From an uncultured virus (IMG/VR IMGVR_UViG_3300042867_001762) (lineage: Duplodnaviria; Heunggongvirae; Uroviricota; Caudoviricetes): a stretch of 64,000 nt of DNA. The notes under the pieces are model-generated. The model was not told the DNA's origin, searched no databases, and saw only the letters and a program-made list of their open reading frames with translations. Shown here in pieces: positions 27,950 through 37,165 of the stretch. Each line of letters starts with the position of its first letter. Within the stretch, counting starts at the first letter, position 1. Location of the stretch: the IMG/VR virus record IMGVR_UViG_3300042867_001762. One strand, 5' to 3'. A program made the position numbers and the translations under genes.

Positions 27950-28377
27950 GATCCAAAGTAGTCCCAGTTGTTTGAGAAGTCTCTGCAAAATCCGCGATCT
28001 TCTAGGAAGCGCGCGAGATCAAGGCTCAGCTCTAGGCTTGTAGTTATAGTTGTAGTCGTCCAAAGAGTGATTCTAGGTGGCATTCCGTATTTATATTTTG
28101 CAAGTGCGGCGAATATTTCACCCGCACTTTCGGCACTAGGCGGCAGCTCTACGCATTTCTGAAAAAAGTCTGCTATGTAATTATGGCGATCCCATTTCAA
28201 AGTAGCAAGCGTACCACAAGAATCTAGCCATATGCCTATCGTCATTATATCGGGATTAGACATTATCTCTGAGAAATGCTCCGGTGACGGAACCTTCATT
28301 TCGTAAAACTTTGCAAACCAAAGCAAAACTTGGTAAAAGTCTTCACAAAATAAAAGCTCAGCTACCTGGAGTTTCAC
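27946..28377 (-). CDS. hypothetical protein, tandem paralog B
   Basis: Shares motifs with 27527..27949. Confidence 0.7.
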   Translation of the reverse strand: MKLQVAELLFCEDFYQVLLWFAKFYEMKVPSPEHFSEIMSNPDIMTIGIWLDSCGTLATLKWDRHNYIADFFQKCVELPPSAESAGEIFAALAKYKYGMPPRITLWTTTTITTSLELSLDLARFLEDRGFCRDFSNNWDYFGS

Positions 28378-28395
28378 CAAGTATTTACGATTTAA

Positions 28396-28704
28396 TTACT
28401 CTCCGTAGTAAAGCCTGGAATGCATTTTTTTAATAAGCTTGATGATATTAAGCGGTAATCCAAAAAATGGGAAAATCAGCAGGCCCGCAAAGGCAGCCAG
28501 GTAATCGTCTGGTCCTGCTCTAATGGCAGCCCGCATCGCAACTTCTTTGTCTATGCCCAGTGAATAACTGTGCGCCCAGTGAATAAAATCCGAAGCCATA
28601 CTGCTATCACGTCGCATTCGATTACGCTTTTGCCATCGCTGTAGCGCATTTTGCTTTTTTTCAACAGTTGCTAGTGCAGTCGCAGAAGTAGCGGGTTCGT
28701 TCAT
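28396..28704 (-). CDS. hypothetical membrane protein
   Basis: C-terminal hydrophobic segment. Confidence 0.5.
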   Translation of the reverse strand: MNEPATSATALATVEKKQNALQRWQKRNRMRRDSSMASDFIHWAHSYSLGIDKEVAMRAAIRAGPDDYLAAFAGLLIFPFFGLPLNIIKLIKKMHSRLYYGE

Positions 28705-28712
28705 AAAATGGC

Positions 28713-28732
28713 GAAGGCGCCGTAGCGCCTTC
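28713..28732 (-). terminator. hairpin after gene 28734..29429 (possible terminator)
   Basis: GAAGGCGC-cgta-GCGCCTTC; weak U tract. Confidence 0.45.
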
Positions 28733-28733
28733 T

Positions 28734-29429
28734 TTAATCCTCTTCTGTTACTAGTTCCATTCCGCCTAGGGTCACATTTATCTGCTCTAGTAAGTCAACA
28801 TCTTTATTCTCAAGAGCAGTGTTCAGCTTGACAGCAAGCTCTCCCACGTTTTCATGCAATTCATCGGCAGGTCCGCGTTGAGCGGGCAGAGCATTTAGCT
28901 TGGACTGTAGATCGGCGATATCTTTTACGCGATACTTGTCCTGATCTTTTGGATCATAAAGTTCTGAAACAAGGCTGTCCCAAGCTTCCAATACCTCGGA
29001 AGCTTTCGCCTCGAACGCAGTTTGGGCCTCTGCTGTTTTTTCATCAAGGGCCGCAATTTCTTTTTCGATCAGGGCTAGTAGCTGCCTGTAGTTTTTAAAG
29101 GCTACCGGCTTGGTAAAATCTCTGTCCTCAAACCATTCAGGAAATTGTACTTGGATGGCGGTCCACGTAGTGCGATCTCCCGCTTTGCCATTTACTGGAA
29201 CGGCATCCTCAAAAGATCTGCCTTCTACCGTAAAGGTACCGCCTGCCATACTAACGTATTTGTTAAAAGCCGCCTGAACCTGCGCCATCTCTTGATTACC
29301 TGGCAAGAGATCATTGTCGTCTGCGGCCAGCTGATTTACTACGCTGTCTAGCGCGTCGGCCTCTTTGTCCAGGCCAATAGAGTCGAGATCAGAGGCGATG
29401 CTTAGCAGTTTCTTAAGAATGCGTTTCAT
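28734..29429 (-). CDS. hypothetical protein with shared N-terminal leader
   Basis: MKRILKKLLSIASDLDSIGLDKEADALDSVV. Confidence 0.7.
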   Translation of the reverse strand: MKRILKKLLSIASDLDSIGLDKEADALDSVVNQLAADDNDLLPGNQEMAQVQAAFNKYVSMAGGTFTVEGRSFEDAVPVNGKAGDRTTWTAIQVQFPEWFEDRDFTKPVAFKNYRQLLALIEKEIAALDEKTAEAQTAFEAKASEVLEAWDSLVSELYDPKDQDKYRVKDIADLQSKLNALPAQRGPADELHENVGELAVKLNTALENKDVDLLEQINVTLGGMELVTEED

Positions 29430-29438
29430 GAATTTTCT

Positions 29439-29723
29439 TTATACGATTAGTAGGTAATTGCTATCTCTGGAAAGAGGCTCATTCCAGTCCCAGGGGAAAA
29501 AGGTAGGGCTGTTGTTGCTAAAATCAGTCGTAAGGAAAGAATAGCTGCGGTGTTCTTTGACCAATACAAGAACAGCTTTGCAGGCGCTCTTGCCTCGCGG
29601 CACCTCACATTTGATTTCAAATGGGACGTCGCCCAGTTTAAAGTAACCTATTATAAGAGCCCCGACTTCTGTCCAATTTCTTTCGGCCAGAGCCTGCTCT
29701 GCAAGAAAAGCATCTATTTTCAT
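29439..29723 (-). CDS. MKL/DW-helix paralog family protein
   Basis: MKIDAFLAEQALAERNWTEVGALIIGYFKL. Confidence 0.6.
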   Translation of the reverse strand: MKIDAFLAEQALAERNWTEVGALIIGYFKLGDVPFEIKCEVPRGKSACKAVLVLVKEHRSYSFLTTDFSNNSPTFFPWDWNEPLSRDSNYLLIV

Positions 29724-29725
29724 AT

Positions 29726-30007
29726 CTAAGTAAATAGAAGATATGGATAGTCATGCGGGTCTGTCACACTAAAAGACCAGCAACTAAAACCCCAGTGCTT
29801 TTTGTTTGGTCCGACTAGCTCGCCAAAGGCATACGACATGAACTTGTCTGGTACGACAATCACACCCGCTCTAGGCGTAACTATGCCTCTGATTACTGTT
29901 TTTAGTTCGAGTGGCAGTACTCCGAAATGATAAAATATGCGACTTGCTAAGGCAGGGGCGTCTTGCGCCTGCAATGCTAGCATTGCATCTACGATCTCAA
30001 GTTTCAT
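29726..30007 (-). CDS. MKL/DW-helix paralog family protein (divergent)
   Basis: MKLEIVDAMLALQAQDAPALASRIFYHFGV. Confidence 0.55.
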   Translation of the reverse strand: MKLEIVDAMLALQAQDAPALASRIFYHFGVLPLELKTVIRGIVTPRAGVIVVPDKFMSYAFGELVGPNKKHWGFSCWSFSVTDPHDYPYLLFT

Positions 30008-30012
30008 ATTAT

Positions 30013-30489
30013 TCAATCCCAGTGCATATATAGGCAGACCAGCAGTGGCTCGACAGAGCCGACTAGATGGTCGAGGTTTTCGTTTTTCTGGGGTGTAGTT
30101 GAAATGAGATGCAGCTCCTGTACAATCGCCCTGGTAACTACGGTATCCCGTATGTATTCAGAAAAAATTAAATGACGCTTGCTGTCATCCATATGCAGTG
30201 CATCAAGACCACTAATCCAGGTCGTCTTAATCTTCTGAGTAGCTTCTCCGATAAACTTCATTTCGAAAAAATTTGAGTTAGCTAGCGGGACGAACTCCAC
30301 CTTGGACCTAGTCATCTCTTCTTCGTATTTCTTAGGATCATCTACGCAAGAAGCTTGATGCCACTTCATTAAGCGGGGCAAGGCTTGGCTGGCATAGTCT
30401 TCGCTAATGCCAAGGCAAATGCGTACGTGGAAGTGCCCCGACTCGGGATTTTTGGGCTCGGTAACAGCTACGCTTTCAATTAGTGCCAT
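30013..30489 (-). CDS. hypothetical protein
   Basis: ORF track. Confidence 0.55.
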   Translation of the reverse strand: MALIESVAVTEPKNPESGHFHVRICLGISEDYASQALPRLMKWHQASCVDDPKKYEEEMTRSKVEFVPLANSNFFEMKFIGEATQKIKTTWISGLDALHMDDSKRHLIFSEYIRDTVVTRAIVQELHLISTTPQKNENLDHLVGSVEPLLVCLYMHWD

Positions 30490-30668
30490 GTTTCACCATT
30501 GACCTAGAAGGCCAGCCGCCAAAAGTAATACGGCGCCTGCAAATAGCGCGCCACCAATAACATACGAAACGACTTTAAAGACTATCTCGCCGATATTAAA
30601 AGCTGCTGCAATCGAGCTGGGAAGCAAAATTAGAAATGCCAAAAACAAAATAGCAGACATAATTGCCT

Positions 30669-31046
30669 TCATATTCTAGAGTAAAGGGGTTCTGAAAACA
30701 GCTGCAAGCCGTTCTCCCAATATTCTTCTCGCCTATAGTCTGTGCCATATAGTGTTACGGCAGGGCCATCGCAAGCCGGCCTGTGCAGGTAGGAGCTGCG
30801 CCAATATTCTTCGCCTAGAACAGAGCCGTCTGCATCATAGTAAATTTTGGCTGGGCCGTTCGCAGCATCACGGTCTGCGTCGCCTGAACCATTATAATAT
30901 TCTATGGAGCGCATAGAGTAGTTATGTTCGCGGAAAGATATCTTGACGCGCCTGTCCTCGGCCGTTGCAAAAATAATTCCCCAGCCTACTCCATCTATAG
31001 AGTAGGCATCCAGCCCTAGGATAAGTTTGGCTAGACCTAGTTTCAC
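30669..31046 (-). CDS. LHRxxGPA (MORN-variant-like) repeat protein
   Basis: DRDAANGPAKIYY and LHRPACDGPAV repeats; start moved to GTG 31046 (VKLG). Confidence 0.65.
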   Translation of the reverse strand: MKLGLAKLILGLDAYSIDGVGWGIIFATAEDRRVKISFREHNYSMRSIEYYNGSGDADRDAANGPAKIYYDADGSVLGEEYWRSSYLHRPACDGPAVTLYGTDYRREEYWENGLQLFSEPLYSRI

Positions 31047-31059
31047 ATAAGGCTTTACA

Positions 31060-31362
31060 TTATTCTGGAACAGCCTGAACAATGAGCGGGTGTCCAGCGG
31101 CCTGTGCACGATCAACGGCGACGCCAGCTTTCGTCTCTGCAATGTCTCGCGTATAGACTCCGGCAAGGCCAAAACCACTAGCATGAATTTGCAGAGTGAT
31201 TGCGTTTGCCGCTTGCTGGTCTTTTCGGAAAACTGATTTCAAGATATCCACTACGAACTCGTATGGCGTGAAATCATCATTGAGAATAATAACTTTAAAC
31301 CGGCGCGGCTCTTCTACGCGATTCTTGCTTGCTGTTGCGTCTTTTGTACCTGAATCAGACAT
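31060..31362 (-). CDS. clpS: ATP-dependent Clp protease adaptor ClpS
   Basis: KVIILNDDFTPYEFVV, LQIH..G, YTRDIAETK, HPL. Confidence 0.93.
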   Translation of the reverse strand: MSDSGTKDATASKNRVEEPRRFKVIILNDDFTPYEFVVDILKSVFRKDQQAANAITLQIHASGFGLAGVYTRDIAETKAGVAVDRAQAAGHPLIVQAVPE

Positions 31363-31783
31363 GTGAGTCTCCAGAGATAATTGCGACGCCCAGTAGCACT
31401 ATCAATCCACCGATCAGCATATTTGCAGTAATAGGCGTTCGCATGAATAGCGCAGACAGTACTACCACAAAAATTGGATAACTGATTTCCAGTAGCGAAG
31501 CGCGACTGGCACCAATACGGGTTATTGCTGTCATAATAGCTAACGTAGCGGCTGTCGAAAAAAATGTTTCAATTCCAATTAGTCCCACTGACTTCATGCT
31601 GAGCTGGGATATTTTGTCTCTGGCAAATAGTGCAAATAAGCAAGTGAACCATAGCAACCGGAATACACTGGCTATAGGCAGCATCACTAGCGGCTCTACG
31701 CCTTTTAGAACTTTGGCAGAAAGAGTATAGCTTGCGCCCCAAAGCAAGGCAGCTGTCAGCGCCAGAATAAATCCGCTATTCAT
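31355..31783 (-). CDS. EamA/DMT-family small membrane transporter
   Basis: Five hydrophobic helices; AALLWG, ASLL...YPIF. Confidence 0.8.
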   Translation of the reverse strand: MNSGFILALTAALLWGASYTLSAKVLKGVEPLVMLPIASVFRLLWFTCLFALFARDKISQLSMKSVGLIGIETFFSTAATLAIMTAITRIGASRASLLEISYPIFVVVLSALFMRTPITANMLIGGLIVLLGVAIISGDSHV

Positions 31784-32043
31784 TCTATTAAGATCCTATC
31801 GAAAGAATGGATAGTGCCGTCCCATTCCCACCATTCTAATACAAGGCTGCGTGCTTCAAAGCAATATGTGCGGCGCTCTTTGCCCAGCACTATCTTTAAC
31901 ATGCGCGGGGCTTCGTATGTTATAAAAAACATAGGGGCAGCCTCTGGATGGCGTGCCCCCATTTGATCGCATATGATGCGGACTGCTAGATCATAGTTGC
32001 CAGCAACAAAGGCCCCTTGTGCCGCCAACTTAAACAGCTTCAC
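31780..32043 (-). CDS. MKL/DW-helix paralog family protein
   Basis: MKLFKLAAQGAFVAGNYDLAVRIICDQMG. Confidence 0.6.
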   Translation of the reverse strand: MKLFKLAAQGAFVAGNYDLAVRIICDQMGARHPEAAPMFFITYEAPRMLKIVLGKERRTYCFEARSLVLEWWEWDGTIHSFDRILIE

Positions 32044-32321
32044 TTACTAATGCTGCGGCGGGCAGCGGCCCAACGCTCAGAAAAGAATTTTCGTGCCGCG
32101 CCAACAACATAGATAAGAAAGGCGATCTGCCACGGCAGTACAATCAAGTTGAATGCGTTGGCGAGAGCAGGACTGCCACTCGATGAAGCAAAATACAAGC
32201 ATACGGTTACTGTTACGGTTACAATGAACCAACCGCTACCAGCCGAATAAAAAGTAGAATAAAACGAGCGCAGCAGGTCGGTAACAAATCGCAGCGCAAT
32301 TCGAGGAGTGTTATTGCTCAT
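32040..32321 (-). CDS. small membrane protein
   Basis: Two TM-like segments. Confidence 0.5.
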   Translation of the reverse strand: MSNNTPRIALRFVTDLLRSFYSTFYSAGSGWFIVTVTVTVCLYFASSSGSPALANAFNLIVLPWQIAFLIYVVGAARKFFSERWAAARRSISK

Positions 32322-32841
32322 GGTAATCCTTTGTCGCAATTAAAAAAGCAGACTGGCTATCTGCCATTGATAAGTCGTGGTGTTCGCAATACATTAGTAT
32401 TTGCCGAGCAGCTTCGGGGAGTAGCTCGATATCGCTGCACTTTATGAGGTCTATGGCATTACTGTTAAATCCTGCTGCAAGCAGACAGCGGAAGAAGGGT
32501 ACTGGATCAAAGCGCTTCCTGCCGTGGAACAGAGATCTGATTAGTACGCTGCCGCCAGGCAGTAGCCAGTCATAACCGTGTAGGAGTGTTTCAGCAAGCT
32601 GATCTGGATCAATTACTGATTCTCTATTCATGCCGACTGAAAAATGAAACAATATGTTTTCTACCGAACAGGGAGGTAGTCGTAGGTCCGAGGCGGATGA
32701 CCAAATATGAGGATCTGGATCATACGACGCCGTAAACCAATTCTTAGACCGTGGTCCACGCTTGTTTACCGTTAAAGAATCTGGCAGTGAAAAATATACC
32801 GGATTGCGTCCAGATCCTATATCAAGCCAGCGCACTGGCAT
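32311..32841 (-). CDS. class I SAM-methyltransferase-like protein
   Basis: WLDIGSG motif I; LP..SV; WLLPGGSVLI. Confidence 0.55.
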   Translation of the reverse strand: MPVRWLDIGSGRNPVYFSLPDSLTVNKRGPRSKNWFTASYDPDPHIWSSASDLRLPPCSVENILFHFSVGMNRESVIDPDQLAETLLHGYDWLLPGGSVLIRSLFHGRKRFDPVPFFRCLLAAGFNSNAIDLIKCSDIELLPEAARQILMYCEHHDLSMADSQSAFLIATKDYHEQ

Positions 32842-33440
32842 TATCGTGCCGAGGCGCTTCCCAGCGGACCATATCTGCTGGTCACGTAGTTACCGCCCCC
32901 GCCTTCGCATTCATTGTCCCTGTTGTATTCGTCATTACCAACGATAACCCCGCCTGTGCCACGGACCCAGTTGATACGCTCCAGATGTGCGAAGAAGCGC
33001 CTTGCAATCGGATGTTCGCGAGCATGTTCGCGGGCGTGGTTATTTTCCCGTACGCTCCAAGTAACTGACCGCGCCTCCTCGACAAAAGAGATGCTAGCAT
33101 CTTCTAGATGCAGGACACATGCCCGGGAGATCGGCTTTAGCCCAATATCTTTCTTCTTGGGAGAGCAGAATACCAGCTTATCGCCCTCGCGCTTCATGAT
33201 TAGAGCAAGCAACTCATGTGGATCTTTCCAGTAATTAGCAGCGTTCTTCTCCGCAATGTCTTGTGCCTCCCAGCCTCGCTTGCGAGCGCAAGCGGACCGG
33301 ATTACGGGAAGAGAAGTGCTTGCTGCGTTCAGCAGATCTAGTTGCCTAGAGTTCCATGCCTCAATGATGTTCTTGCGAAATGCTACATAGTCTTGCGCAG
33401 GCAGGCGAATAGTGCCCCGCTCCCACTCATAACAGCTCAT
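32841..33440 (-). CDS. hypothetical phage protein
   Basis: 199-aa ORF, translationally coupled. Confidence 0.65.
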   Translation of the reverse strand: MSCYEWERGTIRLPAQDYVAFRKNIIEAWNSRQLDLLNAASTSLPVIRSACARKRGWEAQDIAEKNAANYWKDPHELLALIMKREGDKLVFCSPKKKDIGLKPISRACVLHLEDASISFVEEARSVTWSVRENNHAREHAREHPIARRFFAHLERINWVRGTGGVIVGNDEYNRDNECEGGGGNYVTSRYGPLGSASAR

Positions 33441-33842
33441 TCAGTACCTCTCGGAATATCGGTTTTCGTTATATTCTATGTATGCTTCCTCTTCGTTCCA
33501 GTGCTCGTATGGGCGCATCATGCGCGCGCCAATCTGAGCCAACTGGCCCTCGATAGTCTCTTGCTCAAGACGAAGAGAAAGCTCACGCTGGGCCTTGCTC
33601 GCAAGATAGGCATTTACTGCGGCCTGACCTGCTTCATCATCCTCTGCCTCAGACAGGATGCTTTCAAGAAAATCCTGCTCGCGCTCTGCATAGTAGTCGT
33701 CTTGAGCTTGCCAAGACTTGTGCTCAAGCTCTTCATCAATCTGGTTCCACCTATCAGTCAGGCGTTGCGCTAGAGACTCGGCAGCGCTCTGCTGTAGCTC
33801 GTCGTCAATCGGATGCTCGAAAGTAAAATTTCTAATCGACAT
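33441..33842 (-). CDS. acidic hypothetical protein
   Basis: ATG 33842 with AGGAG RBS, 33 nt from element copy 8. Confidence 0.65.
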   Translation of the reverse strand: MSIRNFTFEHPIDDELQQSAAESLAQRLTDRWNQIDEELEHKSWQAQDDYYAEREQDFLESILSEAEDDEAGQAAVNAYLASKAQRELSLRLEQETIEGQLAQIGARMMRPYEHWNEEEAYIEYNENRYSERY

Positions 33843-33874
33843 AGTTCTCCTTTTGGCGCGGCGCCAACGCCGCA

Positions 33875-33911
33875 CGGGATCGGGCGAGACCGGGTTTAGG
33901 GCCGTTCGCCT
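33875..33911 (-). promoter_or_regulatory. CCTAAA-N13-GATCC element, copy 8
   Basis: CGGGATC-gggcgagaccggg-TTTAGG. Confidence 0.7.
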
Positions 33912-34463
33912 CTAGCGACTGCAATTTGGCTGTCCCGGTGGACCGCGCCATAAAGCGCGCCCATAGCCTTTTAGTGCTGTTTGTGTATCTGTGCCAGAGA
34001 ACAACCAGTGCCACGGTTCCTTTGGTGCAGAATTATGCCAGCCGTATGCCGGTGCATTTTCCTGTAACCACGCGAATAATGCGCTTTTGCAAAGTCTCCG
34101 ACGCTTAGCTCGACAGCGCACGCGGGTTCCAGCAATGTCAACTGCTCTTCCGCTTTGATGCATGCTATAGCCTACCTGCGCAGCCCAGCGCCGCCGCTGT
34201 CGCATCATTCTATGTTGATCAGCAGTACTGCGATAAGCAGAATTAAGAATTAGATTAAAGCCTGCTGCCTTGGCTGCTTTTCGTAACTCTATATAAGAAG
34301 CAGCGGCATCATCCATTAGGATGAAATCACCTTTCCTGTCGCTGTCAACTACTTCGCCAATAAACGGCACAGAGTAGCCACCTAGGTAGGCATCCTCTAT
34401 GTATTTGCTCGCCAAGGAAGCGGTCGATATAAACAAGGACAAGATTACGAAAAGACCACGCAT
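33912..34463 (-). CDS. M15B D-Ala-D-Ala peptidase-like cell-wall enzyme with signal peptide
   Basis: SAYRS..DQ, SMHQSGRAVD, EPWHW; N-terminal signal peptide. Confidence 0.85.
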   Translation of the reverse strand: MRGLFVILSLFISTASLASKYIEDAYLGGYSVPFIGEVVDSDRKGDFILMDDAAASYIELRKAAKAAGFNLILNSAYRSTADQHRMMRQRRRWAAQVGYSMHQSGRAVDIAGTRVRCRAKRRRLCKSALFAWLQENAPAYGWHNSAPKEPWHWLFSGTDTQTALKGYGRALWRGPPGQPNCSR

Positions 34464-34473
34464 AACTACTCCG

Positions 34474-34506
34474 CTTTGTCCGGCTGCGCCGGTTTTAGGC
34501 TAGGCG
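34474..34506 (-). promoter_or_regulatory. degenerate element, copy 9 (CCTAAA-N13-GACA)
   Basis: TGTC-cggctgcgccggt-TTTAGG; same spacing and GC spacer, 11 nt from ATG 34463. Confidence 0.45.
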
Positions 34507-34757
34507 TGTTTAGCGTTCTCTGGAAAACGTACCATCACGCAGCTATTATCAGAATGGATCCACGCCTCAGCGATGCCTGAAGATGCAAGCAACTCTCGCA
34601 GGATTTGTGTCCACTCTGGACAGACCGTGTAGACAAAAGCATATGGCGAACCGTCTGCACGTAGATCCGTCATCTGTTTTACAATTGAATGAGCCCAGGA
34701 ATAAGGTTCCATCAACTTCCTAGAATTTCCAAGGTTTGATGTTGGCGTAGACAGCAA
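34500..34757 (-). CDS. hypothetical protein
   Basis: ORF track; start probably ATG 34712. Confidence 0.5.
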   Translation of the reverse strand: MLSTPTSNLGNSRKLMEPYSWAHSIVKQMTDLRADGSPYAFVYTVCPEWTQILRELLASSGIAEAWIHSDNSCVMVRFPENAKHA

Positions 34758-34992
34758 TAGAAAAAGGCTGGTTATTTGTGTGCAAATATTCTTTAAAGCC
34801 GCTGTACATACTCCAGCAGTACTCGTTCGTCTTGGTGCATGCTACTATCTCGGGACAGTGGTCAACATCTCTGTGAACCGAGAGAACGCAGGCATCAAGG
34901 TCAATGCCAAATACTGACTGCAAAGCGCGCACAGCAACCTCCCAGTCCTCAGTCTCGAATGCCTCGCGCATCAGGATGCTGTCGAGCTTCAT
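34720..34992 (-). CDS. MKL/DW-helix paralog family protein
   Basis: MKLDSILMREAFETEDWEVAVRALQSVFGI...YCWS.YSGF. Confidence 0.7.
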   Translation of the reverse strand: MKLDSILMREAFETEDWEVAVRALQSVFGIDLDACVLSVHRDVDHCPEIVACTKTNEYCWSMYSGFKEYLHTNNQPFSIAVYANIKPWKF

Positions 34993-35375
34993 AGCTCTCT
35001 AGGGCCGTACTGCTTAAGGCTTTCGGCAATTCCCGCTAGCGCACCAGCTATTACCCACAGCGGCAAGCTGGCAATTATAATGCAACATCCCAGGAAATAA
35101 AACATTTGCTCTCCGGCAGCCCAATGATTGACAGATCAAATCATTCTATTTATAGCGTTGGCTTAAGCAGTTCCATAGCCCTGCGCAGCACAAAGCACGA
35201 ATAGTCGTGCTCGGGTTTCACTCCCTGCAAATTACGGCAGGTAGAGTCAAGATAGAATTGCAAGTAACTAAAGGCCAGTCTCTGGAGTGCGGCTGTTTTT
35301 GCAGCATCGCTCATGCCTTCGGTAAAGCCGATAAGTCCTAGCATCAGCTGCGCTTTGCGATCCAGCTCTGCTGCG

Positions 35376-35858
35376 TCATCCATTGGCAGTTCCTGCGAGG
35401 CGTGCCTCGATCTCTGCGGTGCGGGCACGCAGGCGCTGCAACTCGGCAGCGTCGTTATCGGCTTTCTTCTTAGCGGCTGCCGCTTCCCGGGCTGCTGCCG
35501 CTACGCAGTCGGCTTCCCGTTTTTGCTTTAGCCTTCTATTGAACAGCGCCTTGCTAGGGAATGGATCGCCATATACACACTCAAATGGCAGCTCATTGCC
35601 ATCAAGCCAGTAAGAAGTGTACTGATAGTCTCCGCGGCATCGCAGTCGAAAGACTACGCCAGTAAACTTCTTTGAGATCTCACGGGCGATACCATCTCCG
35701 CCGTGCCACTTTGACTCTGGCGAAAAACGTCGCCACATCCAGCCGCCAAAATCTGCGCCTTTGAAGTCGGGCAGGCTATTGCCAAAAGCGATAATCTCCG
35801 CATCACTAATGCCTGCGCTGGAGCTGATATCAAGACAAAATGAACTATGGCTGCCCAT
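35376..35858 (-). CDS. hypothetical protein
   Basis: AGGAG RBS; 160 aa. Confidence 0.6.
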   Translation of the reverse strand: MGSHSSFCLDISSSAGISDAEIIAFGNSLPDFKGADFGGWMWRRFSPESKWHGGDGIAREISKKFTGVVFRLRCRGDYQYTSYWLDGNELPFECVYGDPFPSKALFNRRLKQKREADCVAAAAREAAAAKKKADNDAAELQRLRARTAEIEARLAGTANG

Positions 35859-35860
35859 GG

Positions 35861-36346
35861 CTAACTCCTTTTATGAAGAACATTTTTAAAAAAATCAGCA
35901 TAAAGAGAAGAGCCTTCAGCCTTGCTCCATCTTGCTGTCAACGGAATTCGATACAGCTCTTCTGTATTGCAGCGGGCGCAACTACATGCCATTGCAACGC
36001 AATCGCCGCAATGATAATCTGCAAGAGCCAGCTCTTGCTTTGCCTTGAATGCAGCTAGACCAGAAACGCCGCTCTCTGCCTTTGGCCAGAACGCATCCCA
36101 TGTTTCTGCATCAGGATTTTCACTGGGCATAGAGAATAGCTTTTTAAGCAAGCGCTTAAGCACTGCATCGCGTTCATGCGCCAGTGATCTACCCGAAGAG
36201 CCAAGTCCAGAAAACGAGCCGTCGTCAATCATGCTGATATGCAGCAGATGATTATCGCATATCTCGCGCAAGCACCATCGCAGGTAGGCGATCTCGTGCT
36301 CTGCTTCAGTCGGCATATAGGCAGGAGGTTGAATGGGATGACTCAT
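35861..36346 (-). CDS. hypothetical protein with H-C-rich motif
   Basis: HCGDC.AMACSC.RC; start moved to ATG 36346. Confidence 0.6.
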   Translation of the reverse strand: MSHPIQPPAYMPTEAEHEIAYLRWCLREICDNHLLHISMIDDGSFSGLGSSGRSLAHERDAVLKRLLKKLFSMPSENPDAETWDAFWPKAESGVSGLAAFKAKQELALADYHCGDCVAMACSCARCNTEELYRIPLTARWSKAEGSSLYADFFKNVLHKRS

Positions 36347-36597
36347 GTTCTTATCAGCAATTCTGTATCTGGAGTATCTGTGGCTCGTGGCTCTTCCCAC
36401 CCGACAGCAGAATTCCAGGAATATGTGTAGCCGTCTTGCCAAAGGATAGCGTATTTTGAATAACCGATTGCCGGATAAACATCTATATAGATTCTATCCA
36501 GCACCTGTAGATGAAAGTGGCTACAGATGAGGTCATACACCGCATCATAGTCGCCTTCGCTTATTGCTTCCGATATCGCAATAGAGCTAAGTTTCAT
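36343..36597 (-). CDS. MKL/DW-helix paralog family protein
   Basis: MKLSSIAISEAISEGDYDAVYDLICSHFHL...YSWNSAVGW. Confidence 0.68.
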   Translation of the reverse strand: MKLSSIAISEAISEGDYDAVYDLICSHFHLQVLDRIYIDVYPAIGYSKYAILWQDGYTYSWNSAVGWEEPRATDTPDTELLIRT

Positions 36598-36599
36598 GG

Positions 36600-36998
36600 C
36601 TATACTTTAAAGAAAAAAGATTTATAATCCCAATAATGGTACACATAGATTGCAACCGATTTGCTAGCAGAAACCTCTTGCACAACGGCAGGCGGTAGTC
36701 GATGGTTGGCCAGATTCCCTAGCGTTTCTCTGGTGTCGATATCTTTGTGAACTGATGTTTTGCATGAGCTATTATAGTCCCAGAGAGTCCATCGAATCCT
36801 CAGGTTATGATCCTCCGCCGCCATTAGCTTAGCATTATCCCAGTGGGGATTAACAAGGTATTTATTAAACCAATGGATAAGCCGCTTAGCCCGTGCTTTT
36901 TCAAGTTGAATTAGTGGCAAGGAATTGCCAGTAAAAAAGCCAGACAGCGCTGCATTAATCAGCGTAACGCGGTTTTCAGGAAAGCTGGAAATCTTCAA
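36600..36998 (-). CDS. hypothetical protein
   Basis: TTG start with GGAG RBS, 31 nt from element copy 10. Confidence 0.55.
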   Translation of the reverse strand: MKISSFPENRVTLINAALSGFFTGNSLPLIQLEKARAKRLIHWFNKYLVNPHWDNAKLMAAEDHNLRIRWTLWDYNSSCKTSVHKDIDTRETLGNLANHRLPPAVVQEVSASKSVAIYVYHYWDYKSFFFKV

Positions 36999-37028
36999 GA
37001 CTACTCCGGCGGTTCGGGTTACGCCCTT

Positions 37029-37070
37029 CAGGATCGGGCGACACCGGCTTTAGGCCCGCCCCGACCTACA
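37029..37070 (-). promoter_or_regulatory. CCTAAA-N13-GATCC element, copy 10 (divergent intergenic region)
   Basis: CAGGATC-gggcgacaccggc-TTTAGG; no minus-strand gene ends immediately upstream. Confidence 0.75.
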
Positions 37071-37165
37071 ATATTAACGATTTCTTGTGCAATCAGCAAA
37101 TGAATAATTTGCAAGTAGCTAGTCAAACAGATGCCAATGTAAGCTTTTCCGGAGTTCCTGCGCAC

